Shown here: one piece after another, positions 1 to 16,601 of the stretch
Numbering within the stretch: position 1 is the stretch's first letter
Layout of the letters: the number at the start of each line of letters is the position of its first letter
Assembly: GCF_009914755.1 (NCBI RefSeq)
Contig: NC_060930.1
Length of the DNA: 64,000 nucleotides
Direction: 5' to 3' (one strand)
Origin: the human T2T-CHM13v2.0 reference genome, Homo sapiens
Made by a program: the position numbers and the translations under genes
Notes under the pieces: generated by a model
The model's input: only the letters and a program-made list of their open reading frames with translations
Database searches by the model: none
Told to the model about the DNA's origin: nothing

Positions 1-810
<810 letters not shown>

Positions 811-1230
811 GTCCTAAAGTCGTAGATGCATCTCACTATGCTAAAATTAAGGTGTCAGCAGGGCTGTATTCCTCTCTAAAGAATCTAGAGGATAATCTGT
901 ATTCCTGCCTTTTCCAGTTTCTAGAGGTTCCCACATTTCTTGGCTCATGGCTCCCTTCATCTTCAAAACCAGCCATGGCCAGTTGAGTCTTTCTCATGTT
1001 GTGTCACTCTAAATTGTACCTTCTTCTTCCACATTTAAAGTACCCTTGTGATTACTACCCTGGGCCTACCTGGATAATCTGGGATAATTTTCTTATTTTA
1101 AATTCAGCTCACTAGCAACCTAAATTCCATCCGCAACCTTAATTCCTCCCTGCCATGTAACATAACATATTCACAGGTTCTGGGGATTCAGTTGAGGACA
1201 TCTTTGGAGACTATTATTTTGACTGCTACA
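811..1230 (-). mobile_element. MaLR LTR (MLT1C/D-like), apparently the target into which the RPS3 retrocopy inserted
   Basis: Resembles the MLT1 consensus (gctaaaattaaggtgtcagcagggctg...; ends ...gactgctaca). It starts abruptly mid-element right after the pseudogene poly(A). Confidence 0.7.
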
Positions 1231-1567
1231 GTGTCTTCAGATTGTTAATCAGCTCTGGCCCACAGACTTAAGTATCTAGGCTCTTCAGCAAGTATGTTCT
1301 TAGGGTACAAGTTGATGTATCAGATTGTTATAACTTGATAGCACTAACTTCAACCAACTTCTATTGATCTAATTTTGTACTTATGAAGCAATCTTTCAAT
1401 AATAATTTGGTTTCCCACATTAATTTGCCTATGGAAATATAATGCTATGAGCAGTAAAAAAGTATTTAATCAATTGGCAATTATCTTTATAAATCAATTA
1501 ATTTGTATTGTTTTTTCTTTTTTTTTAACTGTAATCTCATGACAGATTATATATTAGGTTTTTTGCA

Positions 1568-1705
1568 GGTTTTTTTTTTCACAGATGGGGGTCTCACTAT
1601 GTTGCCCAGGCTGGTCTCAAACTCCTGGGTTCAAGTGATCCTCCTGTCTCAGCCTCCAAAAGTGTTGGGATTTATGGGTATGAGCCACTGCACCTGGTTG
1701 GGTTT
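1568..1705 (-). mobile_element. Alu monomer (FLAM/AluJ fragment)
   Basis: ggtctcactatgttgcccaggctggtctcaaactcctggg... preceded by a T tract. Confidence 0.85.
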
Positions 1706-2658
1706 TTAATGTATGAGTTTCTATGAGCTTGATCAATGTATTTACACCCAAGAGATAGACTAGACTTAGTAATCTGGCAGCTCATGTTTCTGAGTCTGCA
1801 AAAATAAAGACCAGATCTGCAAACTCTGGGGAAGTCTATCTGTCTAGTGGTCTTCTGAAATGATTGATTTTGAGGTACTTTTCAAACTAAAGCTCAGAAT
1901 GGATCTCACTTTCTGGCTATAAACTGGATACTCCCCTAACTTCTTTCATTATGTTATTTATCCCTGCAGCATTGGCCAATTCTCTTCTTTGTTTTTATTC
2001 ATTTTTTTCACATCTACATACTATAATTGAACTTTTTTGGTTGCAAAGTTACTTCCATAAATTTACAGTTCATTAAAAGAAGAAATGTGGATTGGCGCTA
2101 GAATTGTAACTAGAAAACTGTCTGGAATTGAGACATACTTCTTTTTGTGTGTTTCTTGTTTTCCTGTTCCAACTGGCCTATACTATTTCCCCATTCTGAG
2201 TATTTTCTGTCTGCTTCATAGTCTCTGCATTGTAACTTTAGTTTGTATGCTCTTAGTTTTTCTCTTTAACATGAACTTTCAGCTTTAATTCCATTCTACT
2301 TCATTCTCTCCTTATTTCCTTTGTTTATATAGATAGAGGTTTCACACCAAAAAAAAAAGTGTCTAGGGCCCCACAAAACTAGGGACAGCCCTGATGAGAA
2401 CAACCATAATTGGCTTAGGATGGTTGGTGGTCCTTAATCTTGACTGTGCTTTAGACTTACTTGAGGGTGCTTCTAAAACAATCATCCTTTTCAGACTTGA
2501 CTTCCAGACCAAATTTCTTCTATAGAATAAATACACATACAAACATATTTATATGCCTGTGTACTTATTTATATCTAAGCAAGAAGAAATAAGTGGAAGA
2601 ATATACATCAAGACATTGAAATGATAATGGGAACAACCACATGATAATGAACAACAAC

Positions 2659-3123
2659 TATATTAATCAGGGTTCTCCAGAGAAGCAGAACCAATAGGAG
2701 ATTATATATATAATTGGCATACTTGATTATAGAAGCCGAGAAATCCCACAGCCTGCCATCTTCAAGCTGGAGATCCAGAAAAGCCAGTGGTGTAGTTCCA
2801 GTCCAAGCCTGAGGGCTTGACAACCAGGAGCACTGATGTCCAAGGGCAGAAGATAAGATGGATGTCCAGATTCCAGAAGAGAGAGTGAATTGACCCTTCC
2901 TCTGTCTTTTTGTTCTGTTTAATCATGCAACAGTTTGGATGATGCCCACCACATTGGTGAGGGCTATCTTCTTTACTCAGTCAACTGATTCAAATCTCTT
3001 CCTACTATGTCCTTTTTCTCTTCCAGGAGAAAAAACTTCATAGCCACACCTAGAAATAATGTTCTACCAGTTACCTGGGCATACTTAGCCTAATCAAGTT
3101 GACTTCTAAAATTAACCATCCAT
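2659..3123 (-). mobile_element. ERVL LTR (MLT2-type)
   Basis: tattaatcagggttctccagagaagcagaaccaatagg... ending caagttgacttctaaaattaaccatc, typical MLT2 termini. Confidence 0.75.
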
Positions 3124-3129
3124 AACAAC

Positions 3130-3960
3130 CAAACAGTACAGTATTTTAACCCAAATAATAAAATAAATATACCTGGATCTATGCTGACATACATATGTAA
3201 GTATATGATTAAGTAAATAAATAAATGGGTAAAAGATAAATCTTCCTTACTAAAGAATTCCAAATAATACATGTAGACAGTTTCCCCTCCAGAGATGGAA
3301 CTTAAAGCTTCACCCCTTGAGTATGGGCTGAATTTAGTGTCTTGCTTCCAAACAATAGATTATGTAAAGGGAAAAAATAGTAACTTTACAGCAGAGACAC
3401 CTGGCACACACTACCTGAACAAAGCGATCAAGGTTAGCATCAACACTGATAAGTCATGTTGGTAGTATGTATTCCTGACATGATGTGATAAGGAGAGAAC
3501 TCTACCTTTACCTCTGTGGTCTTCCTCTTAAAAGTCTGTAACCCTACAACTAGTCATGAGAAAAAAAAAAACATCATCAGACAAACCCAAATTTAGGGAC
3601 ATTATACAAAACATCTGACCAGCACTATTCAAAAATATCCAGGTCATCAAAAACAAATAAAGACTGAGAAACTGTCACAGACTAGAGGGGAATAAGGAGA
3701 TTTAATGGCTAAATGTAATGTGGTATCCTGCGTGGGATCCTGGAACAGAAAAAAGACATAGTAGGAAAAATTGGTGAAATTTGAATAAACTGTGAAAATT
3801 GATTAATAGTCATGAAGCAATAACAGTCTCTCAATTTTAACAAATGTGCTATAGTTATGTTAAGATGTTAATATTAGGGGAAACTGGGTAAGAGACATAT
3901 AGGCACTCTCTGTGCTATCTTTATAACTTTTCTGTAAATTTAAATTAAATTATTCCAAGA
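3130..3960 (+). mobile_element. Old L1 (L1MC-like) 3' fragment
   Basis: Motifs typical of L1MC 3' ends (cagacaaacccaaatttagggacatt, ctaaatgtaatgtggtatcctg..tgggatcctggaacagaaaaa). Confidence 0.6.
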
Positions 3961-3969
3961 TAAGAGGTT

Positions 3970-4363
3970 TGATGTAGTTTGGATATTTGTCCCTGCCCAA
4001 ATCTCATGTTGAAATCTAATCTTCACTATTGGAGGTGGGGCCTGGTGGGAGGTGTTTGGGTCGGGGGAGGATCTCTCTTGGCTTGGTGCTGTCCTCATGA
4101 TAGTGAATGAGTTCTGATGAGATCTGTTTGCTGTAAAGTGTGGCCCTCCAGCCTCCACCTCTTGCTCCTGCTCCCGCTATGTGATGTGCAAGCTTCTGCT
4201 CCACCTTCTGCCATGAGTAAAATCTCCCCGAGGCCTCCCCAGAAGCCAAGAGATGCCTGTTCTGTACAGCCTGTGGAACTGTGAGCCAGTTAAACCTGTT
4301 TTTTAAAATAAATTGCTCAGTCTCAGGTATTTCTTTATAGCAACACAAGAATGGCCTAATACA
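3970..4363 (+). mobile_element. MST-type MaLR solo LTR
   Basis: tgatgtagtttggatatttgtcc...caaatctcatgttgaaa ... tctcaggtatttctttatagcaacacaagaatggcctaataca. Confidence 0.85.
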
Positions 4364-4388
4364 AAGCTTACTTTAAAAATATACTCCA

Positions 4389-4693
4389 GGCCAGGTGCAG
4401 TGGCTCATGCCTGTAATCCCAGCACTTCGGGAGGCTGAGGTGGGGAGATCACTTGAGGTCAGGAGTTTGAGACCAGCCTGGCCAACATGGTGAAACTAAA
4501 AATACTAAAAATACTCTCTACTAAAAATACAAAATTAGGTAGGTGTGGTGGCATGCGCCTGTAATCCCAGCTACTTTGGGAGGCTGAGGCACTAGAATCA
4601 CTTGAACCTGGGAGGCAGAGATTGCAGTGAACTGGGATCATGCCACTGCACTCCAGCCTGGGTGACAGAGTGAGACTCTGTCTCAAAAAAAAA
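4389..4693 (+). mobile_element. Alu (AluS-like)
   Basis: Full dimeric Alu with A tail. Confidence 0.95.
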
Positions 4694-4696
4694 TTT

Positions 4697-4872
4697 TATA
4701 TATATACATATGTGTGTGTATGTATATATGTGTGTACATATGTATATATACATATATGTGTATATATGTGTGTACATATGTATATATACATATATGTATA
4801 TATATGTGTGTCTGTGTGTACATGTGTGTGTGTGTATATATATTTGTGTGTGTGTGTGTGTGTGTATATATA
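4697..4872. repeat. Compound (TA)n/(TG)n microsatellite
   Basis: ~175 bp of alternating purine-pyrimidine repeats right after the Alu tail. Confidence 0.95.
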
Positions 4873-5107
4873 CTCCAAAGATTCTGAGGTGTGGGTTGGT
4901 ACAGCATCTCACTTACCTGAGTCTGAGGGCTGCATTGATTCTCATTTACCTTGTATGTGGTTGGTTTAGGCATGAGCAAGTGACAATTCTAGCCAATGCC
5001 ATGGAGGGGAAGTCTGCTGAGAACTTCTGAGCGAGGTCATAAACTAAAGTATTTGGAGGAAAAAAAAAATCAATCTGTTTTCTGCTACTGACTGTTGTAT
5101 CTATAGT

Positions 5108-5331
5108 GAGCAGTTCTGGGGATGATTTTGCCCCCGCTCCCCATGGGACTTTTGGCAGTGACTGAAGAGTGAAGACACTTTTGCTTGTTGTAACTGTGGG
5201 GAGAGTGCTATGGGCATCTACTGGGTAGAAAACAGGGATGCTGCTAAACATTCCACAATGCACAGGACAGCCCCCCATAACAATGAACGATTCAGCCCCA
5301 AATACCAACTTCCAAAGTTGAGAAACTGCTG
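5108..5331. mobile_element. MER20-like hAT DNA transposon
   Basis: gatgattttgccccc...gggatgctgctaaacattccacaatgcacaggacagcccccc...gttgagaaactgctg. Confidence 0.75.
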
Positions 5332-5957
5332 TATGTGATCACTGTTGTGTGGCAGATGTGCTATGACTGTAAAGACAAGGCTGAGGATGACAAAACCAAA
5401 GGGCATGAAAAAAATTAGTTCATGGTGACAATGTTGAGGAACCATTGAATTAAACAACCTCTCAAGTGCCTATATCTGGATTTTTTTTTTTAGTTGATTT
5501 GGCAGGTGGGTTGTTACACACTCCTTAGTGGATTCCAACTTCCATGGTCACTGTCCTGCTCGGACTTTTTTTAGGTGAAAATAAATCTCTTTATTGTTTA
5601 AAAACTCTGTTGGCGTTCTAATTGACATAGAAAAAGAAGAAGGAGTACAACAAATTTTGTGGGGCTACAAGCACAGAGCATCCCAGGGAGGGGAAAAACG
5701 GTCCATCTGATAGAAATTCTAGCTGAAATCCCACTTGCTTTGAGAAGTCACCAAAATAACTTTCCGTGTTGTCAAGACAGACGCTCAGCTTAACACTTCC
5801 GTCACAGTAGGCTATGCTTATTTTATTTGTTCCACTTATCAGGATTTAGAACAAAACTTATCTGAAAGTGACTTGAAATCAGGGAACATTGTTATAGTTT
5901 TTATATATTCTTTGAAGAAACAGCTCCCAAACTTTTCTGTTCAAAGACGTTCAGTTT

Positions 5958-6262
<305 letters not shown>

Positions 6263-6396
6263 AGATGTTTAGTTTTTTATTAAAAATTTTAAAATATACA
6301 TTTGTTCTTTGTACTAACCAAGAAGCACTGATCTTCAAAGACATTTAAAGTGCTGAAAAGGAGAAAATGACATAATCTCTTTAAATTTGCAATTTA

Positions 6397-6936
<540 letters not shown>

Positions 6937-6958
6937 GTTGCAACTTAGAAACATTTTT

Positions 6959-7305
<347 letters not shown>

Positions 7306-8185
7306 TTACGTGAATTATTAAAACAGTGTGTAAATGGGAATAGATAAAAATGGAGAAAAAGCTGTTATACTTTGTTTTTTTCCTCCCTTTTTGTAATGTG
7401 ATAGGAGGGGGAAATCAAGGCATATTGAGCATAAGTTTAAAAGTTTAAATGGTCTTACAGGAATTATTTCTTTAAGAAGAGACAATTAGTGACAGTACTG
7501 GAGGGAAGAATATCAGGCTCCTATGGCCAGGGCCTTGGATGTGCTAATTTAAAAGTTTTCCTTAACATGAAAGCCGTGATTTAGTCAAGTTATGATAAAA
7601 ACAATACTTGAATTTGGTAAGCTAGTGATACCACTTTTTATCTAGGATTTTATTTTATGTAATGCTACCTTTACTCACAAATTGTAAAGCCAGTAGAAAC
7701 ACATTTAATCTCACCAGTCTTTTAATGCACATTATTAAAAACAGAAATCCTTATTCAGCTCCTAGGTAATAAATTCTTGATCTACCTATGTAAAAATCTA
7801 ACTTAGCAGTAAACATCTAACTCGGCTACCTGAAATGTTACCATACTTAATAACAGTTACATGCACACATTTTATTTGGTCCTATTAACAAGCCTATTAA
7901 GGAGGTATTATTATGATGCTCTTTTTATGGATGAGAAAACTTAGGCTGAGAGAGATTAAATAACATGCCCAAGTCCACATAGGCATGAGCACACTTTGGA
8001 GACATTGTGGGTTCATTCCCACATCACCACAATAAAGCAAATATTGCAATAAAGCAAGCCACACATTTTGTTTTGGTTTCTCAGTGCACATAAAAGTTAT
8101 GCTTACAGTATATTGTAGTCTATTAAGTATGGAATAGCATTATGTCTAAAAAACAATGTATGTACCTTAAACAAAAAATACTTTT

Positions 8186-8527
<342 letters not shown>

Positions 8528-8532
8528 TCAAT

Positions 8533-8855
<323 letters not shown>

Positions 8856-9733
8856 TGAGCCTTCAGTGGGTCATAATCTTTTTGCTGGTGGAGAGTCCTG
8901 CCTCGATGTTAATGGCTGCTGACTGATCAGGGTAGTGGTTGCTGAAGGTTGGGGTGGCTGTGGTAATTTTAAAAAACTAAGACAACTTATGATTTGCTTT
9001 ATTCATGGTAAACTTACTGAAGTGTTCTGATTTGAAAGGTATGAGTTTATTATCATACATTTGTGGGTACAGCAAGTTTGTTAATTATGTGGTTAAATAT
9101 TTTATATTCTTACTGATCTTTTTGTCTGCTTTTTTCTGTCAGTTACTATGAGAGGTGTGTTAAAATCTCTCTCTGAAAGAAAGAAAGAAAGAAGAAAAGA
9201 AAGAAAGGAAAGAAAGAGAGAAAGAAAGAGACAACCGTGAAGCTTGCTGCATCAGTGGACTCTTCCTTTCACAAAACATTTTTCTGTAGTATGCTATGCT
9301 GTTTGACAGCATTTTACTCACAGTAGAACTGCTTTCAAAATTGGAGTCAGTCCTCTCAGGCCTTGCCAATACTTTCTCAACTAAGTTTATGTAGTATTGT
9401 AATTCCTTTGTTGTCATTTAAACAATGTTCATAGCATCTTCACCAGGAATAGATTCCATCTCAAGAAACCACTTTCTTTGAGCATTTATAAGAGGTACCT
9501 CCTTATCTGTTCAAGTCTGATCATGAGTTGCAGCAATTCAGTCACATTTTTAAGCTGCACTTCTAGTTCTCTTGCTAGTTCCACCACACCTGCACTTGCT
9601 TCCTCTACTGAAGTCTTGCACCCCTCAAAGTGATATATGATGGTTGGAATCAACTTTTTCCAAACTCCTGTGAATAACATGTTGCTATTTTAGCCTCTTC
9701 CCATGAGTTACAAATTTTTTTTAACACTTTAAC

Positions 9734-10056
<323 letters not shown>

Positions 10057-11659
10057 TGATGAATCCTTTCCAGAAGATTTTCCTTTAAAGTTTGAAGCCA
10101 GGCATTGATTTCTCTCTAGCTATGAATGTCCTAGATGGCATCTTTTTCCAATAGAAGGCTGTTTCACCTACATAGAAAATCCATTGTTAAGTATAGCTAC
10201 CTTCATCAGCAATCTTAGCTAGATCTTCTGGTTAGCTTGCTGCAGCTTCTGCATCAGCACTTGCTGCTTCACCTCACACTTTTATGTTTTGGAGACCACA
10301 TCTTTCCTTAAATCTCATGAGCCAACCTCTGCTAGCTTCAAACTTTTCTTCTGCAGCTTTCTCACCTCTCTCACCCTTCACAGAATTAAAGAGAGTTAGC
10401 GCTTTGCTCTGGAATAAGCTTTGGTTTAAGGGAATATTGTGGCTAGTATGATTTTCTATTCAGACCACTCAAACTTTCTCTGCATCAGTAATAAAGCTGT
10501 TCTGCTTTCCTATCACTTGTATGGTCACAGGAACAACACTTTTAGTTTTCCTCAAGAACTTTTCCTTTGCATTCACAACTTGGCTAATGGTTTGGTGTAG
10601 GAGGCCAAGCTTTGTGCCTGTCTTGTCTTTCCACATGCCTTCCTCACTAAGCTTACCATTTCTAGCTTTTCATATAAAGTGAGAGACTTGCAACTTTTCT
10701 TTTCACTTGAACACTTTTACTTTTCACCCTACACTTAGAGGCCATTGTAGGGTGTAGCTGACCTAATTTCAACACTGCTGTGTCTCAGGGAATAGGGAGG
10801 CCTGAAGAGAGGGGAAGTGATGGGGACTGCCAGTCGGTAGAGCAGTCAGAACACACACATTTATCAATTATGTTTGCTGACTTAATTGCTCACCCCTCCA
10901 CCCAAATTAATCAGTTTCCTTTACAAAGTCATTTTCAGGAGCTGAAGTGAAAAAAGTATGCCTCCCAGAGGTTAGAATCTCAGGGGCATTCTGTTCAAAG
11001 AACATAGGAAGAAATACTTTGTCCTTTTTCTCTTAACTCAGGCCTCACAGGTCTTTTTGAAAGCCAGAAGCTAAAGTGGCTTAAGAGAAAGCTAGAAGTA
11101 TTGGGGTAGTGGTGTTCCCACTTCAGGGTGAAGTTGTCAGGATGTACCTGTTTTATGATTCTAGTTCCTTTGATTGGCAGTCCTTGAACTAAATTAAAAA
11201 CAGAGAAAAGTTCATATGATTTAAACTCATGATGCTTCTTTGTGAAAAGGGAAAATGAGACATGTTGTTAGCCCCAGCATCTCTTTTGAGATGGGGGTTT
11301 TACTATGTTGCCCAGGCTGGCCTCAAACTCCTGGATTCAAACTATCCTCCCCCGTAGGTGGAATTACAGGTGCATGCTACCGTGCTTGGCTATGGGCTTG
11401 TTTTTAATTGTTGGACGGTCTGGGTGCCCCTTTCACTTTATTCTTTTTTTCCGCTCTCACTTTTTTTTCCTCTCACTTATTAAGTCTTTGTCCTCTTTAA
11501 GTCCTCTTCTAAAAGACTGGAATTGCAGGTTACATTTATACCTAAATCTTCCTATCTAGGTAAAGAGAAAATATACTAAATTCCATAGAAAGCAGGTAAT
11601 TTGTCCACAGGACACAGAGCTGATCACTGTGGAAGATCCCTCCAATCACATCTTCGATT

Positions 11660-11885
11660 CTCTCTCCCTCTTTCTTTACCTTGCCTTTGCTCTCTTCATG
11701 TGACGTGCCTGCTCCCCCTTCACCTTCCACCATGATTGTAAGATTCCTGAGGCCTCCCTAGAAGCTGAGCAGATGCCAGCACCATGATTCCTGTAAAGAC
11801 TGAAGAACCGTGGGTCAACTCTACCTCTTTCCTTTATAAATTACCCGGCCTCAGGTATTTCTTTATAGCAACGCAAGAACAATAC
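11660..11885 (+). mobile_element. MST-type LTR fragment
   Basis: ccttccaccatgattgtaagattcctgaggcctcccta...tcaggtatttctttatagcaacgcaagaac. Confidence 0.75.
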
Positions 11886-12009
11886 CTTATTGTTTTCCCA
11901 TTCATCCAAACAACTGGAAATTAAGCTTCCTGAGGCTGGAGGCCTTGGGTGTTTAGGACATAGTGAGCGCTCAACAGACACATGTTAAATGAAAGAACCA
12001 ATACTTTAT

Positions 12010-13160
12010 TGCGCGCTGCCGTGTGCCCGGTATCGCTCTAGGAGCTGAGAGTAGAGAAGTAACGACTACACTGCGCTTCCTTTGGAGAGAGACACTGGAG
12101 AACTAAAACCGACCCAAGCGCTAAGCGATCTGCCTAATAGAGGGAACGCCAGCTGAGACCAGCGCAAGGCGGGCGCTGGGTGGCGTGCGCGACTGCAAAG
12201 TCTGGCATGCCCAGGTTCTGCTCCTTGGGCTCCTGCTGCGTGAGCCGATCTGCAGATCCAGCAAAAGACCCGAGAGCGGCTTGAACGCCAGATGATTCCT
12301 CCCTGAGGATGCGCCCCAGGCGTTCTGCCCTGGCTCCCAGCCGCCTCCCGGTGCTCCGGGGTTCGGCCTCACACACCTGTCGACCGCGTCGGCCCAGCTG
12401 CGGCCCAAGCCTGTGGGACTCCGGGGAGCGAGGCGCCCCCTGCTCCAGGCTGGGAACCAGAAATGCAGCAGGGCCTCAAAAAGAAACAAAATTCTTTCCC
12501 TCGGGGTTGCTGCTGCCGCACAACCTTACCCAGCCCGCTCTGCGGATGGGTCGTAGATTCCGGCTGGAAGCCGGAGGAAGTGCATAGAGGGCAGCTTCAA
12601 AAGCCAAGGCTGCGCTGCTTTGCGCGGGGCTTCTTCCCTCGCGTGCCCGCGCCGGGTGCCGGAGCAGCCTCCGCAAGCTGCTTTCATCTCGGTCTGCCGG
12701 GGCAGGGTCGAACCGCAGCTGTGGGGCTTCCTCTCCAAGCTTCGATTTGAGCTGGATGGAGACAGAAGAGACCGTGGTGCCCAGAGGCCAGTCTCACGGG
12801 GGATGGGGGCGGGTGGGATGGGATCAGAAAAAGGTTGAAATTCCTCCTGTACCTTAAACCTAAACAGCTGCGAGAGCCCCAGAGCAGGAAGCGCGGCTGC
12901 GGCTGAGAAGCTGGAGGAGGACCGGGGCGGGGAGGAGTAGCCCCAGCAGCAACAGCAGCCAGCCCGGGGGCGTCCTCTCCCAGCGGTGACCAGGGCCAGC
13001 CTTTGCCAGCCTGCCCGTCCTCGGACTCCTGGGGAACGTACACACAGCCTTTTGCTTAAGCAAGGCGCTCTGAAGCCGAATTACGTCTGCCTGGCATCCC
13101 GAAACACTGACGGCCCTGCTATGGCTGTGGGCAAATTCAGGGGTGGGGGTGTGAGGGGGG
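12010..13160. promoter_or_regulatory. Orphan CpG island 1
   Basis: High GC and abundant CpG in unique sequence with no annotatable CDS. Includes a G-quadruplex-type G-tract cluster at 12798-12822. Confidence 0.8.
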
Positions 13161-14219
13161 GACTAGCAGAGAAAGAGTTAATCTCCCAAGAGGAATATAC
13201 ATCAGTACTCTCCTGTCACTTGCTTTTTATTTAATGTTAATGTTAGACTTCACCAGATATTTCAACTGACAATTTCAACATTTTCACCTACAGAATTTCC
13301 TGGAAGGAAAAAAAAGCTTCTTAGTAAACATGTTTTTCTGTCTATGCTTCATAATATTGTCCACTATGGACACAGGAAACCAATCAACCGTTAACAATCA
13401 CAGACATCATTTTGTGGTGCTTTTTCTTAGGGTATGAATACTTACATTGACTGCAGGTTTAGTTGAACTATAATTGTAACTCTTTGACTAAATGGAACTG
13501 ATTTTAAATATTCAAACCTTTTTAAACAAAAGTAATAGGGCACGATGGCACTCGCAGCTGTTGGGAGGCTGAGGCAGGAGAATCGCTTGAGCCAAGGAGT
13601 TTGAGTTCCGCCTGGGCAACACAGGGAGATCCTGTCTTAACAAAAAAAAAGGTAAACAGTTAAGCATGAGAAAAATAATCTTTCCAGTCTTCCTAGTCTT
13701 CCAGAAGGCAGTGACTGACGTCCCTCAAACCATCGACTTTGGTACATTTTCTCCAGAGGATCAAAACCTAGGCCTGACTCTGGCATGGAGCCTGGAACAA
13801 TGCAAGTAAATTAGACATCCTTTTCCTATGTATGACTGTGCCTTTCTTTGTCATGGTCACCAGGCTCTCCAGACTTTTTGAAAACTACGTAACAGTTACC
13901 TTGCAGTGCTCCTGAAAACACGGGGGAAGTTCATATTTGAGAGGCCTGGGAGGGGCTAGGATGATCCTAGTCAAGCACGAGCAGAGCTGCCGCACAGTGA
14001 GTGCTCACTGTGTGTTCATGGAAAGCATGAATGATGGTCATACCAAGAGAGGGGCTACCAAACTCTTATAGACGAATGTGAGCGCCAGGATCTCTTTTAT
14101 TATTATTGATGTCATTATCATCAGTAAAAAAGCATTTAATGAAATTATTTTAAAAGGCTTCTTGCCTAGGGAGTCCAATACCAGCTTGGTACAGTCACAG
14201 AGGGCATCTGCCTTCCTTC

Positions 14220-15060
14220 CCCTCGTCGCCTTCCTCCCACTGTGCGAGCTTCGGAACCCTAAGGCCGGTTCACTGCGCATTGTCCCCGACAAGTTAGCAG
14301 CGCTCCCCGAGGGGTGTGAGGCACCAGGTAGGGTGCAGGGCGCGAGCGCGGGGCGGTGGTGCCCGGCGGGGGCGGGGTGCCCACGGACGCAGCCGCCTAG
14401 CTCTGCCGGCTGTCCTGAGGCAGCTGCTGGCGCCCGCCGGGAGGCGCGTGGCCACTTGCACTTCAGCGCGCGGTTCTCTCTCCGCAGGCTGCTTTCTAGG
14501 ATTTGAAAGGGCCATAGCGACAGAAGTCGATCTCTAAGAAGGCATAAACTCGGCCTGAGACGTGGGGGGGAGACACTGCAGAGAAGAGGCCAAGTTCCAG
14601 CGCAGAAGGGGGGTTCCGCGGGGCCCTGGGATTGAGGAGACAGGAGCGAGCCTTCCCTTTCCGTCCTCTCAGGAAAACAGCCTGACCTGCTGGCACGTCC
14701 ACCCCCAACAGAAGAGGGACCCCGGCGCGGCGTCCTTACCATCCCCATCCCCCGACCCCTGAGGAAGCCAGGGCTCTCTTCTTTCCCTGGGCGCCTGTCA
14801 CAGGGGCAGAGGCTGGGCCTCGAGCTTTTCTGCACGTGAGCTCGGTGGTCCAGCAGAGTCTTCTGGCTCCCGGGAAAGCAGCGTGGCGCCGCCCCAGCCC
14901 CCAGTCCCCAGACTAGGGATTGGGACGTCAGTCATTGGCTGCAGGTTACTGGTCTGGGCTGGGCCCGCAGAGATCCCAAGCGCTCCTCTGTCGGTGCTTC
15001 CTCAGCGTCTGCGTTTCCGCAGATGCCCGAGGTCAGACAGTTTCGCAAGGGGGCTGAAGA
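14220..15060. promoter_or_regulatory. Orphan CpG island 2
   Basis: GC/CpG-rich with GC boxes (ggggcgggg ~14369) and CACGTG (~14833). Confidence 0.8.
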
Positions 15061-16167
15061 GCCAAATGGGGAAACTGATGGAGCCTCACAAGTTTATTCC
15101 TTTCCCACGTCTGTGTTTGTCTAAGGGTGCTTTCTGTGCGGCTTTCTGAACTTGAGCATCACTTTGATGGAATGAAGTACAATCTTATGCCCTGAGCAAT
15201 AACTTCTTATCGGCGATGACCCATTTAATCACTGGAAAATCTAATTGCATTGCTCCAGAGAGAGAAGTCTTTTTGAGATTCCAGCGTTCACTGTAACATT
15301 TCTTGTATCAAGAATGTAGAATCGATTGTTCACATTTATTTTCAGAAAAGGAGATAGAGTTGTAATGTACTTACAAGTTTCTAACCAGTTTTTAAAAGAC
15401 CAAACAATACTGAAAGGTAAATTAATTGCAAGCATAGGAGGCAAAACATTAGTTAGAAAAATTAGTCAAAACACCCTCTCATTTCAATTCCCAATGTGCA
15501 AGAGAAAGAAGCAAATCAAAATACCCACATCTCACATTTAGGTTACAGAAACTATTGCCTAATTATTCAAATAAACACCTAACATTTCTTTATTCTTTGA
15601 TGTGGATATTGGTTTCTGTCCTCAGGTTTGTTTCCTCACAATTGATTGCTGCTTTTCTAAGAATCTCATTCTCACAAAACATGCAAACACAGAAATAATG
15701 GAGACTGTTTTCTTTTAGACACCCTTTTTAAGATGAAAGAAAACGGTTCCCATGTACTTCCAAAACACTTGCTCTCACGTGTTTTTTTTTTTTTTTTTTT
15801 GCCATAATTGTTTCACATGCCTGTTCCTAAACCAGTCAAAAATGAAGGTAAAGGAACTACCATGACTGACTTAAGTTAATCAAGTTTCACCTCTTGGAGT
15901 CTGGAGGGACTTTGCATTCCCTAAAGCACTTGACCACTTTTACACAAACTCAGGGTTCTGCTAGCAAAAAACATATGGGGATGATGGTTTTTGGGTTGAT
16001 ATCTTAATATCTTCCATACCTGTGATCAGTCACAATCCCCAGTTTGTTGGCTATCTCTTGTCTAAATAGTTTACCTTCTCACATTTCTAGACCACTGATC
16101 ATTTGAATCAAGGCAGTCTCCCCCACATTTATCTCTGTTGTATTTAATTATATTCATTCAGAGGAGG

Positions 16168-16601
16168 GGTAGCTATCTATTATCTGTCATTGAATAACTA
16201 ATTGGTTATTAAAACTTAGTGACATAAAACAACACTTTATTTTTTCACCATTCTGCAATTTGGGTTGGGCTTACCTGGATGGATCTTTCTCTAGTCTCAC
16301 CTAGGCTCACTAAGTGGCTATACTCATTTGGTGGAGAGCTGAGGGCTGGACCTTTTGCTCTGTGTGGTCTTTTGAGAAGACTAGATCAGGCTTCTTCATA
16401 TGGCAATCGATAGCATATTAAAAGGGGATGACACAAATGTGCAAGTGCTGAAACTTCTGCTTGTGTCACATTTACTGATGTCCCACTGACCAGAGCAAGT
16501 CATATGGCAAAGCTTAAGATCATTATGAAAGGAGATTATGCAAGAGCATGAATACCAGGAGGTTCAATTCACTGGGGATGATTATGTAACAGTTTGCTAC
16601 A
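16168..16601 (-). mobile_element. Old MaLR LTR (MLT1J-like)
   Basis: aaaacttagtgacataaaacaac..., cttctgcttgtgtcacatttactgatgtcccactgaccagagcaagtcatatggc..., ending attatgtaacagtttgctaca. Matches recalled MLT1J-family features. Confidence 0.7.

Noticed and set aside
4598-5030. ORFs rich in Y/I/H/T/C/V
   Set aside because: Translations of the (TA)/(TG) microsatellite and the Alu.
14038-14835. 265-aa minus-strand ORF and other ORFs in CpG islands
   Set aside because: Low-complexity Arg/Pro/Gly composition typical of GC-rich non-coding DNA, mostly with non-ATG starts and no homology recognised.
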